Positions 29,244-40,107 of a stretch of DNA of 64,000 nt are shown here, piece by piece. The stretch comes from a virus. Lineage: Duplodnaviria > Caudoviricetes. The notes under the pieces are model-generated. The model saw only the letters and a program-made list of their open reading frames with translations. It ran no database searches and was not told the origin of the DNA. Position 1 is the first letter of the stretch. Each line of letters begins with the position of its first letter. The DNA is taken from positions 56,527-120,526 of IMG/VR virus record IMGVR_UViG_3300012979_000002. One strand, 5' to 3'. The position numbers and the translations under genes are program-made.

Positions 29244-32200
29244 TAGTCATCAGCTCTGTATCTAGTTATATTTAACAATCCACAATCGTCTATGTCTAAC
29301 ACCCTATAGAACGGATATAAATCTTCGCTTTGTCTTCCTCTTGCCATAAATTGGTCACCACTCCTGTACCCGTTTACAATTAGACGAGTACCTCTTTTAA
29401 ACCAAGACCTCTCGATTATTTCTTTCTTATTTGTTTCCTTGTTCAGTTGAGATAATTGCTTATCATATTTACTATACTGTTCGGCTACACACTTAACATT
29501 TACCACTCCATGAGGAGTTAATAAGATAACGGTGTGTTTATAACTACTTTTATCCAGTACTGTGCCACAAATAGTTTTAAGAGCATAGATAGGAACCTTA
29601 CGCCCCTTATACTCTTTCTGCTCTTTAGGGGTAGCAATTTCACTTTCCTTATAGAAATCTACAAAAGTAAATTCAGGATGATAGGTGTTAGCCAAATCGT
29701 GGTCGTGATAATAAAAACCTAATGTGTCCATTTCCCAAGTTGAGAGGCTACCCTTACAGTAGTTATGCCATACTTCGTCTATTTCTGCCTCATGTAGTTT
29801 GGCTATTAATTTCTCTTGGTTGCGGTTCATATAATCTTTTAACTCGGCCATGCGCTCTTTGTATAAAGTATCCCACAACTTAATAGGAATGTAAGTTCCT
29901 TGTTTGTTGGTACTTAGATTGCTAACATCAAAATTCTTACTGAAATAATCATAAGCCCGGTCATCTAAATAGTAGTCTTCGCCCTTCTTATTTAGTTTTA
30001 AATACTTATTAAAATTAAACAAATACACGAATTTGGATTTGTTCTTCGGCAAGACATTATAATTAATTAACCCATTTACATTTGCTAGAGTTAACTTATT
30101 TTTCGCTGGGATTAATGATGATATATACTCATACAATAATTCCTTACGGCTCTTGTTGCTTTCCAGCTTATCAAAACAACCAGCCTTAATTAAAGCTATC
30201 GCTTGTACTTTAGAGGCTCCCGTTTTTTCCAAAAAGTCTTGGAAGGAAGTATAAGGACGATTGGTAATAATTTTGTTTGTAATTTCATCACCTACATCAC
30301 TAATACCTTTTAGTCCATAAATAATTGTATTGGTTTCTTGGTCCGGTGTAAAACCAAAACGAGCTTTATTTACATCCGGCAGTTCTACATTAATGCCCTG
30401 TTTTTTAATTCTCCCTATGGCCGCACTTAACTTACCATAGTTTGTTATTCCACCACTCTCTTCGTCTGCCCCACCACTGTTTACAGTTAAGCAGGCTGTT
30501 GCCCAGTATATCGGTGGAAATAATATATTTAGGTTCATTTCTTGTAAAGCTATCAATGAGTACGCCACCGTATGTGGAATACTAAATGAATAACCCAACT
30601 GTCTTTTGATTTGGACATCCCAAATATATTTTAATATATCTTTACTTACTCCATGCTCAGCTCCTGTATTAAAATACTCTTCACGAGCAGAAGTAATTTC
30701 TTTCATTTTCTTCTTTGCTATAATCTTTCTAATTTTATTAGCGTGCGGTACATCATAATTAGTAAACTCAGGTATCATAACCGCTAACATTGCGGACTCT
30801 TGACTTTCTAATACGCCCCCATAGTCTTTCATAAAGTTATATAAGATTTTCTTTTCAGTCTCAGTGGCATCTAAGTCGTAAATCTCTTTCTTAATTAACT
30901 CTGGATGTTGCTTGTATATAACATATTCCTCTGTTGGAGTCTTCTGTCCTTTTTCCGGTACCAATCTCATCAGCGAGTTAACCGCTGCCATTTGAGGAAT
31001 ACTCTCAGGTTTAACTAATGATAAACTCTGTTTACCAACTGTTGAGTCCATCTGGAATATATCTATAATCTCGTTACGCCATACTTTATGCCACATTTCT
31101 GGGTTGTCTCTTATCAACACATCGGGGTGTAAGTATTTATCATAAGTGGCTTTTAGATTACCTTGCCATTCAATTAAATTATCTTCCAACAATAAATCTA
31201 ATGTAGTGTGGATTTTATCTAATGCTTCAACTGATAAACAGTCCATTTTTAATCCACCCATATATTCTGTATCTCCTAAATCAAACTGAGTAACCTCAGT
31301 TCCGTTTGGAGCTTTCATCATTGCATTATAAGTATAAACTGGTACATTAAAAATTACATTACCACAGGCATGAATACCTAATTGACATACTAGCCCTTCA
31401 ATACCTTTTACTACATCCAAGTATCCTGGATACTTATTAAATTCGGCTATTAATTGACGGATAGGTTTTCTATCCTTTTCAGCATTCCCTTCTAAACAAT
31501 CTTTCAGTGGCCACAAGAAACCTCTCTCTTGAGGTATCATAGTAGCTAGATACTGAGCGATGTCTACATCTATTCCTAAACCTCTTGCTGCAGTAAGTAT
31601 TGCAGAACGAGTGCCCAAAGTCCCAAATGTACATACACATACGCTATCTCCACCATCGGCTTGAGCTGCTTCCTTAATCTTCTGTAGAACCACTGGTCTT
31701 CTACGACCTTCTGAGTCTACATCAATGTCGGGTAGCTCTATCTTGTTTCTTTCCAAGAAACGCCAATGTGGAAGATAAATACCTTGTTCTAGTGGGTTCA
31801 TTTGTGTTACACCAATTAAATAGTTAATTAACATAACCCCCGCAGAACCACGAGATATACCAACCAATGATTCTGCTTTATTCCACATAATTTGAATAAT
31901 GTTACGAACCATCAGCAGATAAGAACTAATGGGTTGCCCTAGTCTTTCTGATACCAGCCAACATTCTGTCAGCTCCTGCTCCAATCGCTCTAGATACTGT
32001 TCCTTCTTGTCGGATTTTAATTTCATAGACGATAACTTCATTAAACCTAAATAGATTAGATAGTTGTCGTCCTCCGAAGCTGAGGACATATATTTATTAA
32101 TGTATTCAAACTTAGGTCGTACCTTGATGCGACCAAAGACTACTTTCCACTCAGGATGATAGCGCCTATCATCACTTAAGTGAGGTACAATCTGAGGTTG

Positions 32201-33085
32201 TGATAAATCGTATTGTGAAATTTTGGCGTTAATTTCATTTGTATTAGCAAACAATTGTTCTAGGGTAGTAGTGTTAATGTAATCGTCCATCAGCTCCTGT
32301 ATTTCAGCAGGAGTCATCATATAAGTATACTGATAGAACTCAGCTGTTTCACGGTCTCCGTCCTTACTATTTAAAAACGCTGCGTGAACTTCTCTATCTT
32401 CTTTTTTCATATAATGGCTGTCGGTAGTTACGATACATTTTGTATTTGTTCTATTACCAATTTCTAACAACCACTTGTTGTATTCTATTTGTTCTTCATA
32501 TCTAGCGGGCTGTACTTCTAAATAGAAGTCATCCTTAAATATGGTTTTACACCAAGTAATAAAATTGATAGCCCCATCTACATCTTTACTACTGAAACAA
32601 TTGCCCAGCCATCCGCCTATACAAGCACTGGCTGCTACCAAATGTCCTGGATTGCGACCAACTATTTCTTCTATGTCTTTATAGTAGGTTGGTACTCGGG
32701 TCAAGAACATTGTGAATGAATGCTGCCATGCCCTACTAGACAACTCTCTAAGTTGAGCATGTCCTTCTTTATCTTTTGCTAATAAAATAAAGTGGGGGAA
32801 TTTTTCTCCTTTTTGGTATGTCTCGGCATCTAAACCATTTCGGCATAAATAAATCTCATTACCTAAGATTAGTTTAAATTCCTTCCACTTGTCATCGTCT
32901 TTACATTTTTGATTATAATATCGTAATGCTTTGATATGAGCAGACAACGCTTCGTGGTCTGTAATAGCCATACCACTTAAGCCAATGTCATAAGCATACT
33001 GAATTAAATCTTCTACTTTGTTAATACAGTCAAGTAATCTTAAGTTACTATACTCTGTATGGTTGTGCAAACTTGTATAACTCAT
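29243..33085 (-). CDS. dnaE: DNA polymerase III alpha subunit
   Basis: PHP motifs HNHTEYS/ITDH; SRGSAG, PDIDVD, GIHACG, KMDCL, GYSFS..H..AY. Confidence 0.97.
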   Translation of the reverse strand: MSYTSLHNHTEYSNLRLLDCINKVEDLIQYAYDIGLSGMAITDHEALSAHIKALRYYNQKCKDDDKWKEFKLILGNEIYLCRNGLDAETYQKGEKFPHFILLAKDKEGHAQLRELSSRAWQHSFTMFLTRVPTYYKDIEEIVGRNPGHLVAASACIGGWLGNCFSSKDVDGAINFITWCKTIFKDDFYLEVQPARYEEQIEYNKWLLEIGNRTNTKCIVTTDSHYMKKEDREVHAAFLNSKDGDRETAEFYQYTYMMTPAEIQELMDDYINTTTLEQLFANTNEINAKISQYDLSQPQIVPHLSDDRRYHPEWKVVFGRIKVRPKFEYINKYMSSASEDDNYLIYLGLMKLSSMKLKSDKKEQYLERLEQELTECWLVSERLGQPISSYLLMVRNIIQIMWNKAESLVGISRGSAGVMLINYLIGVTQMNPLEQGIYLPHWRFLERNKIELPDIDVDSEGRRRPVVLQKIKEAAQADGGDSVCVCTFGTLGTRSAILTAARGLGIDVDIAQYLATMIPQERGFLWPLKDCLEGNAEKDRKPIRQLIAEFNKYPGYLDVVKGIEGLVCQLGIHACGNVIFNVPVYTYNAMMKAPNGTEVTQFDLGDTEYMGGLKMDCLSVEALDKIHTTLDLLLEDNLIEWQGNLKATYDKYLHPDVLIRDNPEMWHKVWRNEIIDIFQMDSTVGKQSLSLVKPESIPQMAAVNSLMRLVPEKGQKTPTEEYVIYKQHPELIKKEIYDLDATETEKKILYNFMKDYGGVLESQESAMLAVMIPEFTNYDVPHANKIRKIIAKKKMKEITSAREEYFNTGAEHGVSKDILKYIWDVQIKRQLGYSFSIPHTVAYSLIALQEMNLNILFPPIYWATACLTVNSGGADEESGGITNYGKLSAAIGRIKKQGINVELPDVNKARFGFTPDQETNTIIYGLKGISDVGDEITNKIITNRPYTSFQDFLEKTGASKVQAIALIKAGCFDKLESNKSRKELLYEYISSLIPAKNKLTLANVNGLINYNVLPKNKSKFVYLFNFNKYLKLNKKGEDYYLDDRAYDYFSKNFDVSNLSTNKQGTYIPIKLWDTLYKERMAELKDYMNRNQEKLIAKLHEAEIDEVWHNYCKGSLSTWEMDTLGFYYHDHDLANTYHPEFTFVDFYKESEIATPKEQKEYKGRKVPIYALKTICGTVLDKSSYKHTVILLTPHGVVNVKCVAEQYSKYDKQLSQLNKETNKKEIIERSWFKRGTRLIVNGYRSGDQFMARGRQSEDLYPFYRVLDIDDCGLLNITRYRADD

Positions 33086-33115
33086 ATCAGGTCCTCCTAT
33101 AATATTATATCATAT

Positions 33116-33394
33116 TTAGCCAGTTCTGGCAAATCTTTCTTTATTACAAATGTCTTTGTAGTTCTTGAATGGACAGATGTTAATAGACCACTCTCCACAT
33201 TCCCATTCTCCATACCAGGTTTCACTACCATCGTCTTCTTTAACAGTGTGAGAAGTCTTATAGTAGGTTTTGTTTTCTTCGTCATACAACAAAGTAGACA
33301 GGTATTGTTTACGAGATGTGGCGCTGTCACATATCATTGACATGGCTGACGAGTGCCCGTCCATTTCAAAAGTTGCTGTTATATAATATTTCAT
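33116..33394 (-). CDS. Hypothetical protein
   Basis: AAGGA RBS. Confidence 0.6.
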   Translation of the reverse strand: MKYYITATFEMDGHSSAMSMICDSATSRKQYLSTLLYDEENKTYYKTSHTVKEDDGSETWYGEWECGEWSINICPFKNYKDICNKERFARTG

Positions 33395-33454
33395 TTTGTC
33401 CTTTCTTTAAAAAATATTTTTTAAAAATATAATAAGCGATTTAAGCCTATTTTT

Positions 33455-33527
33455 AAGCGTTTTACGCTTGGTTAAAATATTTTCTAATATATTTATATTA
33501 TTTAAGCGTTTTATTCTTCTACGCTTG
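33455..33527. repeat. Dispersed palindromic element, copy 2
   Basis: TAATATATTTATATTA at 33485-33500 with TACGCTTG arm at 33520. Confidence 0.6.
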
Positions 33528-33735
33528 CTTTTTCGGTTTCTTCAGCTATTTCGGCAGTAGGCACTGCTTCTTGTAATTCTTCTACCATTCCTCTTAATTC
33601 TTTGGAATAGTCTTTAAGGTCTGCAATAATTTTTGCTACATTTAATCCAGTGCTGTACGGGTGCCCTAAAATAGCCTCTGCATCCACCAAGAAGGTGTCT
33701 AAATTATTAATTGCTTGTAATATTTGTGCTTTCAT
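33511..33735 (-). CDS. Hypothetical protein
   Basis: GGAGG RBS. Confidence 0.65.
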   Translation of the reverse strand: MKAQILQAINNLDTFLVDAEAILGHPYSTGLNVAKIIADLKDYSKELRGMVEELQEAVPTAEIAEETEKASVEE

Positions 33736-34189
33736 TTGTATCCTCCGTATTATTTTCTTTTAATTCTTTTTGAACCTTAGCGTTATCAGTTTCCTTTTCA
33801 AAGTAAATGTTAATTAAAACTGCAGCCTTCCCTTTTGCAAAGTCTGCAATAGTAATTTCTTTCGTGTTAAAATTAAGCTCGGTTACATCTATCTTTGTTT
33901 CCCCATTAGCATTTATCATATAAGTATCACTGTTAATGTATAAACGCAATACGCTTTCTTCTAGTTCAAATGATTGATGCTGGGCTGTGATGTATCCTTT
34001 TTCTTTTGCATGCTCTAGAAACTCTTGTGTTCTAGGATGGTTTCTATACAAAAAGATTTGCAAATTCTTTCCCCCATCCAAATTATGAGTTTCTACATAA
34101 AAGTCCAGTTTACCACGAATGTTTTTTGAATATAACATTTGACGACCCATATAGTCTTCTATCTCTAGTTTGTTTAGTATAAATCCCAT
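33707..34189 (-). CDS. Hypothetical protein
   Basis: Overlapping operon. Confidence 0.7.
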   Translation of the reverse strand: MGFILNKLEIEDYMGRQMLYSKNIRGKLDFYVETHNLDGGKNLQIFLYRNHPRTQEFLEHAKEKGYITAQHQSFELEESVLRLYINSDTYMINANGETKIDVTELNFNTKEITIADFAKGKAAVLINIYFEKETDNAKVQKELKENNTEDTNESTNITSN

Positions 34190-34410
34190 GCGTCATCTTC
34201 TCCTTCTAATACTCTTTCCACGATGTCTTCTAATCGTAGATTATAATAAGTATACAGTAAATGATGAACTTTGTCAATGATTTGTTCTAATTCTTTGTTA
34301 GATAAATCTATACTGCGGTCGTCGTTACTTAGTAAATGGTATATGTATAAATCTACCACAGATATGTTTTGGTCCTGAAGGTCATAATAGGCATTAATTA
34401 GTGCGTCCAT
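34174..34410 (-). CDS. Hypothetical protein
   Basis: GGAGG RBS; overlap coupling. Confidence 0.7.
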   Translation of the reverse strand: MDALINAYYDLQDQNISVVDLYIYHLLSNDDRSIDLSNKELEQIIDKVHHLLYTYYNLRLEDIVERVLEGEDDAWDLY

Positions 34411-34759
34411 TTTCTACCTCCAGCGCTACTAAAATGTCATTGTCTACTACCTGAGTTTTTAGTACAACTTCTATAGGACTCTGAGCCAAGTAGTCTAATA
34501 ACAATTTAGTCTTGCCTGTTATCCCGTTTTGTAAATCTAAACTGCTAGGCACAGCGTTGTTCATTCCTGGGATGCTACGTAGCATTTCATATTCGTCAAC
34601 TATAATCTTAAGAGCAGCCAAGTAACTGTGGAATGAAGAGATAGGGTCTTGCGTATCAAAGATTACACCATTAATATATGGTTGAGTCTTTAACGAAATC
34701 TTAGTTCCCTTCTCAGCGAGAGTTCCAGGTCTATAAAACTTTTTTGTTTCCTTTGACAT
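34394..34759 (-). CDS. Hypothetical protein
   Basis: AAGGAGG RBS; sigma-A-like promoter upstream (TTTACA..TGATATAAT). Confidence 0.75.
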   Translation of the reverse strand: MSKETKKFYRPGTLAEKGTKISLKTQPYINGVIFDTQDPISSFHSYLAALKIIVDEYEMLRSIPGMNNAVPSSLDLQNGITGKTKLLLDYLAQSPIEVVLKTQVVDNDILVALEVENGRTN

Positions 34760-34840
34760 ATTTTCCTCCTTCTAATTTTCTTTCATTATAATTATATCAT
34801 TTTTTTGGTATTTTTGTAAAGAAAAAAGAACTCAAAAAGA

Positions 34841-35146
34841 CTAATTTTTTTCATAAGTCATTTTGAATTCTTCGTAAGCTAATGCTGCTAGTTCATCCTT
34901 AGATAAAGTAGTCTTGAAATTAATGTTGTTATCTTTTAAAGTTTCTTGTAATTCTTTTACGCTATGTTTCATAAAATAGTCTTTTAATAGCGAATTGTAT
35001 TCGTCAATTAACTCAACTATAGCCTTAGAGTTCTTAATCTTATCCGCAGCTGTTTTAATATAATCTACTTGCCAACTCTCAGGTACGGCAACTAATTTGT
35101 CTTTCTTTAACAATACTGTTATTAGCCAGTTTTTAAATGATTGCAT
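34841..35146 (-). CDS. Hypothetical protein (C-terminus resembles SAP/HeH)
   Basis: AGGAGG RBS before MQSF; SVKELQETLK..NI......KDEL. Confidence 0.65.
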   Translation of the reverse strand: MQSFKNWLITVLLKKDKLVAVPESWQVDYIKTAADKIKNSKAIVELIDEYNSLLKDYFMKHSVKELQETLKDNNINFKTTLSKDELAALAYEEFKMTYEKN

Positions 35147-35154
35147 TGGTCCTC

Positions 35155-36900
35155 CTAAAATGCCATGTCCCATATGTTTTGGGCTACATGCTCTTTTGTA
35201 TCATAATCTTTAACTATAAATTGTAATCTACCTATGTTGTATGATTTGTCTATGTCAAATTCCCCTACAACATCTAGATTATATTTTTCACCATTAGATA
35301 GAGCTTCAGCTAATTCTGGTTCATTAAACATTACCACATCATATTTGTCGCAATTTATTTTAATATGTTGCCCTTCCGCTCCCATTAATTCAAAACGGTC
35401 GGTTGGAATGTCTGTTATAACTCCTAATGGTTTTTCTACTCCATGTGACCATATATTGTCACGAGCCATAATAGTTGCTATTTCTTTATTTACTAAATTG
35501 TAGCGACTTATCATATCTACCATATATAAATTAACATTAAAATCTATTTGGTCTAACACCGAGTTTAAATGAACTTTAAACTCTGATAGTAAATCACTAT
35601 CTATACCTATACCAAAAGCAAATGCGTGTCCTTCGGCCATCTCTACTCCGGTAATGTCTTTGATGGCGTCTTTGAGATTGGTTAACCCTTCAGCCGCCCT
35701 GCCTCTTACACTACCTCTGTATTGGTCGATACCCTTGCCATCTATGTAACGCCTTAATAGAACTACTGGTTTGTTTGTTTGACTTAGTAGTTTATTCGCT
35801 ATTAACCCCGACAACTCAAATGTTAAGTCTTGGTCTTCGTCTACATATACTATTGAGTTATGGTCGTCATCCCCAATTTCTTTGTTAATGATACCTACAC
35901 TACGAGTCACAGCTGTAGTTTGTCTCTTTTTAGCATTGTCGCATAATCGCACTGCTTCTTCATACATAGGAACCTCTTCGTCTTCTGCTCCTTTTTTACT
36001 GCTAAAGGTTAAAGTCATAGGCGACACCAGTGCTGTGAATACTGCATGCTTTTGTGCCATTGTACCTAGACGAATAATTGAGTTAATATTCGGTCCTATT
36101 ACCCATCCTATATCCTTTATACTAGGCTCTGGGTTTTCCATATTATAATGTGCCTTTTTTATTAGAGCCATTAAGAATGGATGCTCCGCAATATAACGAA
36201 TGCCTGTCGTAATGATTTGTTTATTCTCTAAACTAGAAATGTCCATTACATCTGCTACGATACCACAAGCTGCTAAGCTATACAGTTTCATTGGGAAGTT
36301 TATGCCATATACACTAAAGTAAGCCTGTACAAACTTTAACGCCACCCCAGCACCGCTTAACGCAGGGTTAGGATAATTTAATTGACTGCTAACTATAGCT
36401 ATGTCATCGCTATGTTTTCCATAATCAAAGTCGTTGGAAATTTCGTGATGGTCTAGAATAATAATCTTAGTTCCATTCTCTAATAGTTTTATATGCTCTT
36501 CTTTTTGAGAACTGCCGGCATCAGGTACAATAATTAAATCTACATCGTCAGAGATGTCTTTTAATTCTATTCCGTGTTCCTTGCCTGGATGTAATACATA
36601 ATCTATCGTGTGCCCTTTACTAATTTGATTAAGCATATTCAAAATAATAGCTCCACTAGTATAACCATCCATATCACTATCTACCACTACCAGAATGTTC
36701 GCCTCTGGATTTGCTAATGTGGTATGTAATATATCTACTGCTTTTTTCATATTGTCCATAGACAATGGACTGTGTTCATAAGCCTCGTGAGGATATAACC
36801 ATTTCACCGGGTCTTCTATTCCTCTGTCGCTTAATAAATCATATAAAGCCAATTCGGAGTTCTCTTCATTATAGTTCTTCGTTCTCAATTGGTATTTCAC
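35155..36900 (-). CDS. recJ: RecJ-like DHH single-stranded DNA exonuclease
   Basis: DSDMDG, HG, ILDHH, SGAGV, ADVMD, RGSVR, GHAFAFG. Confidence 0.9.
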   Translation of the reverse strand: MKYQLRTKNYNEENSELALYDLLSDRGIEDPVKWLYPHEAYEHSPLSMDNMKKAVDILHTTLANPEANILVVVDSDMDGYTSGAIILNMLNQISKGHTIDYVLHPGKEHGIELKDISDDVDLIIVPDAGSSQKEEHIKLLENGTKIIILDHHEISNDFDYGKHSDDIAIVSSQLNYPNPALSGAGVALKFVQAYFSVYGINFPMKLYSLAACGIVADVMDISSLENKQIITTGIRYIAEHPFLMALIKKAHYNMENPEPSIKDIGWVIGPNINSIIRLGTMAQKHAVFTALVSPMTLTFSSKKGAEDEEVPMYEEAVRLCDNAKKRQTTAVTRSVGIINKEIGDDDHNSIVYVDEDQDLTFELSGLIANKLLSQTNKPVVLLRRYIDGKGIDQYRGSVRGRAAEGLTNLKDAIKDITGVEMAEGHAFAFGIGIDSDLLSEFKVHLNSVLDQIDFNVNLYMVDMISRYNLVNKEIATIMARDNIWSHGVEKPLGVITDIPTDRFELMGAEGQHIKINCDKYDVVMFNEPELAEALSNGEKYNLDVVGEFDIDKSYNIGRLQFIVKDYDTKEHVAQNIWDMAF

Positions 36901-38011
36901 CGACTGCTTCCTCCTCGTTGTTATTTTCTCTTGTAAAGTTGGAAATATTTTTACGCTCTCTATATAATTTAGAATACACTTGTCGCCCTCTATCTATTGG
37001 GGCATCTTTATTTCCCAACTGGTCTCCATCCCAATCATACATAATATCCACATCAAATCCCATGTCCTGTATTTTAAAACCTTCCTTAACCATCTTGTCT
37101 AAACCATAAAAACGGTTTCCATCTTCGTCCCAGTCATTATCCATAGCTAGGACTATTTTTTCTACTCCGGCTTCTTTTAAAATGTGGGCGTGGTAGTCAC
37201 TAAATGAACTACCTCCTATGGCAATTGATTTGTTTTGTGTGAAATACGAACCGTGTTTTAATACGGACTTTTCAGCCTCATATACTATAACTTCTTTCGC
37301 CTTCTTAATTACTTTTTGGTTTTGATAATAACCATAAGCTACCATCATTTTTGGATAATTATATAATTCTTTATTATGCCACAGTGGCATATACTTTCTA
37401 TGTTCTTCAATGTCTTTTTGATTAAAGTTTCTTACCTTGATACCGACCAATCTACCTAGATGGTCAATGACAGGAAATACTATACGATTGCGCACCATAT
37501 CAAATCTCACACCGAAGTTGACCAAAACATCATAATCTATCCCTTCTTCTAACCAAGGCGCCAGGTACTTGGGTTGTTGTGTAAAACATTCCAAGACGTG
37601 TGGATTATATACAGTTAATTGGTCTGTCCAATCTTCGGTTACTTTCTTTGTCTTTTTAATGGCAGGGTTTTGTATTACTGCAAAACCATGCTTCATCCTC
37701 TCATTTACTATTGAGTCTAATAAGGTGTAAGCTTGCGCGTATGTAGCTTTGACGCCGCGAGCCTTGTAAGTGTTTAATATCATTTCATATATATTCATAG
37801 CCTTACAACTTGTATAGCAATAAAACTTTTTACTACTCTCGTAATAATATAATTTACGAGATGGGTTACTAATTAATTCGTTGTGACAAACGGTAGGAAA
37901 GATAAGACAATCATTGCCATATCTAACCTCACTCTCTGACACCCCTAAATGTTCCATTAATCGTATTACATCTGATGTGTTTAGTTTTGTTAATAAAATA
38001 TCACCATACAT
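36869..38011 (-). CDS. DNA primase (zinc finger + TOPRIM)
   Basis: CH...YCYTSC; RIVFP; VYEAEKSVL; AMDND. Confidence 0.85.
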   Translation of the reverse strand: MYGDILLTKLNTSDVIRLMEHLGVSESEVRYGNDCLIFPTVCHNELISNPSRKLYYYESSKKFYCYTSCKAMNIYEMILNTYKARGVKATYAQAYTLLDSIVNERMKHGFAVIQNPAIKKTKKVTEDWTDQLTVYNPHVLECFTQQPKYLAPWLEEGIDYDVLVNFGVRFDMVRNRIVFPVIDHLGRLVGIKVRNFNQKDIEEHRKYMPLWHNKELYNYPKMMVAYGYYQNQKVIKKAKEVIVYEAEKSVLKHGSYFTQNKSIAIGGSSFSDYHAHILKEAGVEKIVLAMDNDWDEDGNRFYGLDKMVKEGFKIQDMGFDVDIMYDWDGDQLGNKDAPIDRGRQVYSKLYRERKNISNFTRENNNEEEAVGEIPIENEEL

Positions 38012-39591
38012 TATACTTCTACTCTAATTTCCTGTCCAAAGTTTTCGTAAGGGTCTTCATTGCTAGTTTGCTTAGGTGCCACTACAAACCCTCCAACTTT
38101 ACTTGCTTGCTTTATCTGCACTTTAACACTATTGAAATCAATAGGGTCGTTGCTTCTGTCTGTTACAAAACAGTCGTATGTTCTACAAGTACCTAAATCT
38201 ATATATCTCCAGATACGGATTGCTGTCCATTTACCACGACGGTTTTTATATATGTCGGTTATAAAGTTAGGTTCATATGTTCCTAGTTTTAAGGCTAATG
38301 CTTTTCCCAACTCTTGCTCGGCTGGATTCATTGGCAGGGTAATAGCCCCTATGTCAGCTTTATCTGCTATCGCCTTAGAACCACGAATTAAGTTTTGGTT
38401 TTTAACCTCTTTCTCTTCATAATCTCCATTCAGCTGAGTAGCTGATGAGATGTGAATGTTTAATTCGTTTGCCAAGTTTTTTAATGTATCAGAAACCAAC
38501 ATTAATACGACATCATCACGAGTTTGTTTATCCCTACCATCCATCAGTCCGGCAGTGATATGTATGTAATCGTAAAAAACATATTCTACATCATTTTGTA
38601 GTACGTGCTTTTTAATGGTTGTTCTTATAATTGGTATAGTTGGATTTGGCAAGAACTCCAGTAGGATGTTATCATGTTGCATTAAATACTGTATAGCTAA
38701 CTCTACTCTCTCTTGCTCATTCCCACTATACTTATTGTTTAAAATCTTATCTTCATTTACCCCTGAAATGTAGGCTAGTATTAATGTTTGCACTTCTGCA
38801 TGTTCCAACTCAGTTGTAATAAACAATACTCTATTTTCCATACCTGTATTTTCCCATTCATCCGTCTCGGTATTATACCGTAAAGGGATGGCTAACTTAC
38901 AAGCATTACCAACCATACGTCTCGATTTACCAGTACCTGAAGCACCAGAGTCAATATATAGTTTTTTCAGTCTAGCTCCACGGGTAACTGTATTATACAT
39001 TTCTCCCTCTAATGGAAGACCAACTTCCGGTATTGTTTGTAATGAACGATACAGCTCCTCAATACCTTCTGCTGCGTTAATACAACTTTTCTCTAACAAG
39101 TTTTGATACTTGTTTTGAAGATTATTTATTTTGCTCTCATAATGCTTAAACATATCTTCTATACTTAACGCATTAAAACGAGCCATCTGTTTTTCAAATG
39201 CCTCGGCGTTCAAAGTTTTATCATAGATGTCCGAGGTATCTATACCCATCTTAGCAAAATCTCTTAATAGAGTGTGCTTTTTTACTGATGAGTAATTGTA
39301 TTCAAAGTTTAAAGGCGTTTCATCATTACATACTTGATACAACACATCCATACCACCATCTTGTATGAACTTTTCGTACATCCCTTGCTGTTCTTTGAAA
39401 TATGCTACTATGTCATTGATGTCTATGTTATTATTACCTAAGGTATATAAATTATACAGGGCTGTATAAATAGCCTGGTACTTCTTTTCATAGAAATCTT
39501 CTAAGCGCAAAGGATACTCTGGTGATATGATTAAATTATTATCACAGTATATCGCCGTCAATACTTTTTCTATACTACGAGAATTATACAC
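38011..39591 (-). CDS. Replicative DnaB-like helicase
   Basis: GASGTGKSR, FITTEL, FYDYI, ATQLN, GSKAIADKAD, KNRRG. Confidence 0.9.
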   Translation of the reverse strand: MYNSRSIEKVLTAIYCDNNLIISPEYPLRLEDFYEKKYQAIYTALYNLYTLGNNNIDINDIVAYFKEQQGMYEKFIQDGGMDVLYQVCNDETPLNFEYNYSSVKKHTLLRDFAKMGIDTSDIYDKTLNAEAFEKQMARFNALSIEDMFKHYESKINNLQNKYQNLLEKSCINAAEGIEELYRSLQTIPEVGLPLEGEMYNTVTRGARLKKLYIDSGASGTGKSRRMVGNACKLAIPLRYNTETDEWENTGMENRVLFITTELEHAEVQTLILAYISGVNEDKILNNKYSGNEQERVELAIQYLMQHDNILLEFLPNPTIPIIRTTIKKHVLQNDVEYVFYDYIHITAGLMDGRDKQTRDDVVLMLVSDTLKNLANELNIHISSATQLNGDYEEKEVKNQNLIRGSKAIADKADIGAITLPMNPAEQELGKALALKLGTYEPNFITDIYKNRRGKWTAIRIWRYIDLGTCRTYDCFVTDRSNDPIDFNSVKVQIKQASKVGGFVVAPKQTSNEDPYENFGQEIRVEV

Positions 39592-39608
39592 TATAATCCC
39601 CCTTTCGT

Positions 39609-40106
39609 CTAATCATAATTAAAATCTATCAATCGTTTCTTAGGTTTGTTATGAACTATGGTGACTATGTCTTCTGTTTGACTAACCCCCAAATCTTTTT
39701 TCTGCTCTATCTCTGCTGTTTTGGTATAAGTGTTGGTGACATTCTTATAATAAGCTTTTGCCTTTTGATAAATGTATGGTACTATGCCGATACCTTTATC
39801 TCTGATGTCATTACCTTTGACAATACAATGGTATTGTAAAGTATAATAGATGCCCATATAAGTCATACCTTCATCTCTATATCTTTTGATTTGGGAACCA
39901 ATCGTTCCCCAGTCTGGTTTTTGGGGGTGATACAGCGTTTGTATTAAATCTGTCACCTTACGATATTCTTCGGTCTCTTTCTTTTCTTTTTCGTAATTTG
40001 CTTCATAACAAGTAGTATGAGCATACCGCCTACCTACTTTGGTATATTCGGTACGCTCTCTACTAAATTCTTCGTTACAATATAAACACTTAACCTTAGC
40101 GGCCAT
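39609..40106 (-). CDS. Zinc-binding replication-associated hypothetical protein
   Basis: CLYC...H..C; GIGIVPY; directly upstream of the helicase. Confidence 0.7.
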   Translation of the reverse strand: MAAKVKCLYCNEEFSRERTEYTKVGRRYAHTTCYEANYEKEKKETEEYRKVTDLIQTLYHPQKPDWGTIGSQIKRYRDEGMTYMGIYYTLQYHCIVKGNDIRDKGIGIVPYIYQKAKAYYKNVTNTYTKTAEIEQKKDLGVSQTEDIVTIVHNKPKKRLIDFNYD

Positions 40107-40107
40107 C

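Noticed and set aside
25005-39591. Introns or inteins in nrdD, dnaE or the helicase
   Set aside because: Lengths are normal, motifs are contiguous and no intein splice-junction pattern was seen.
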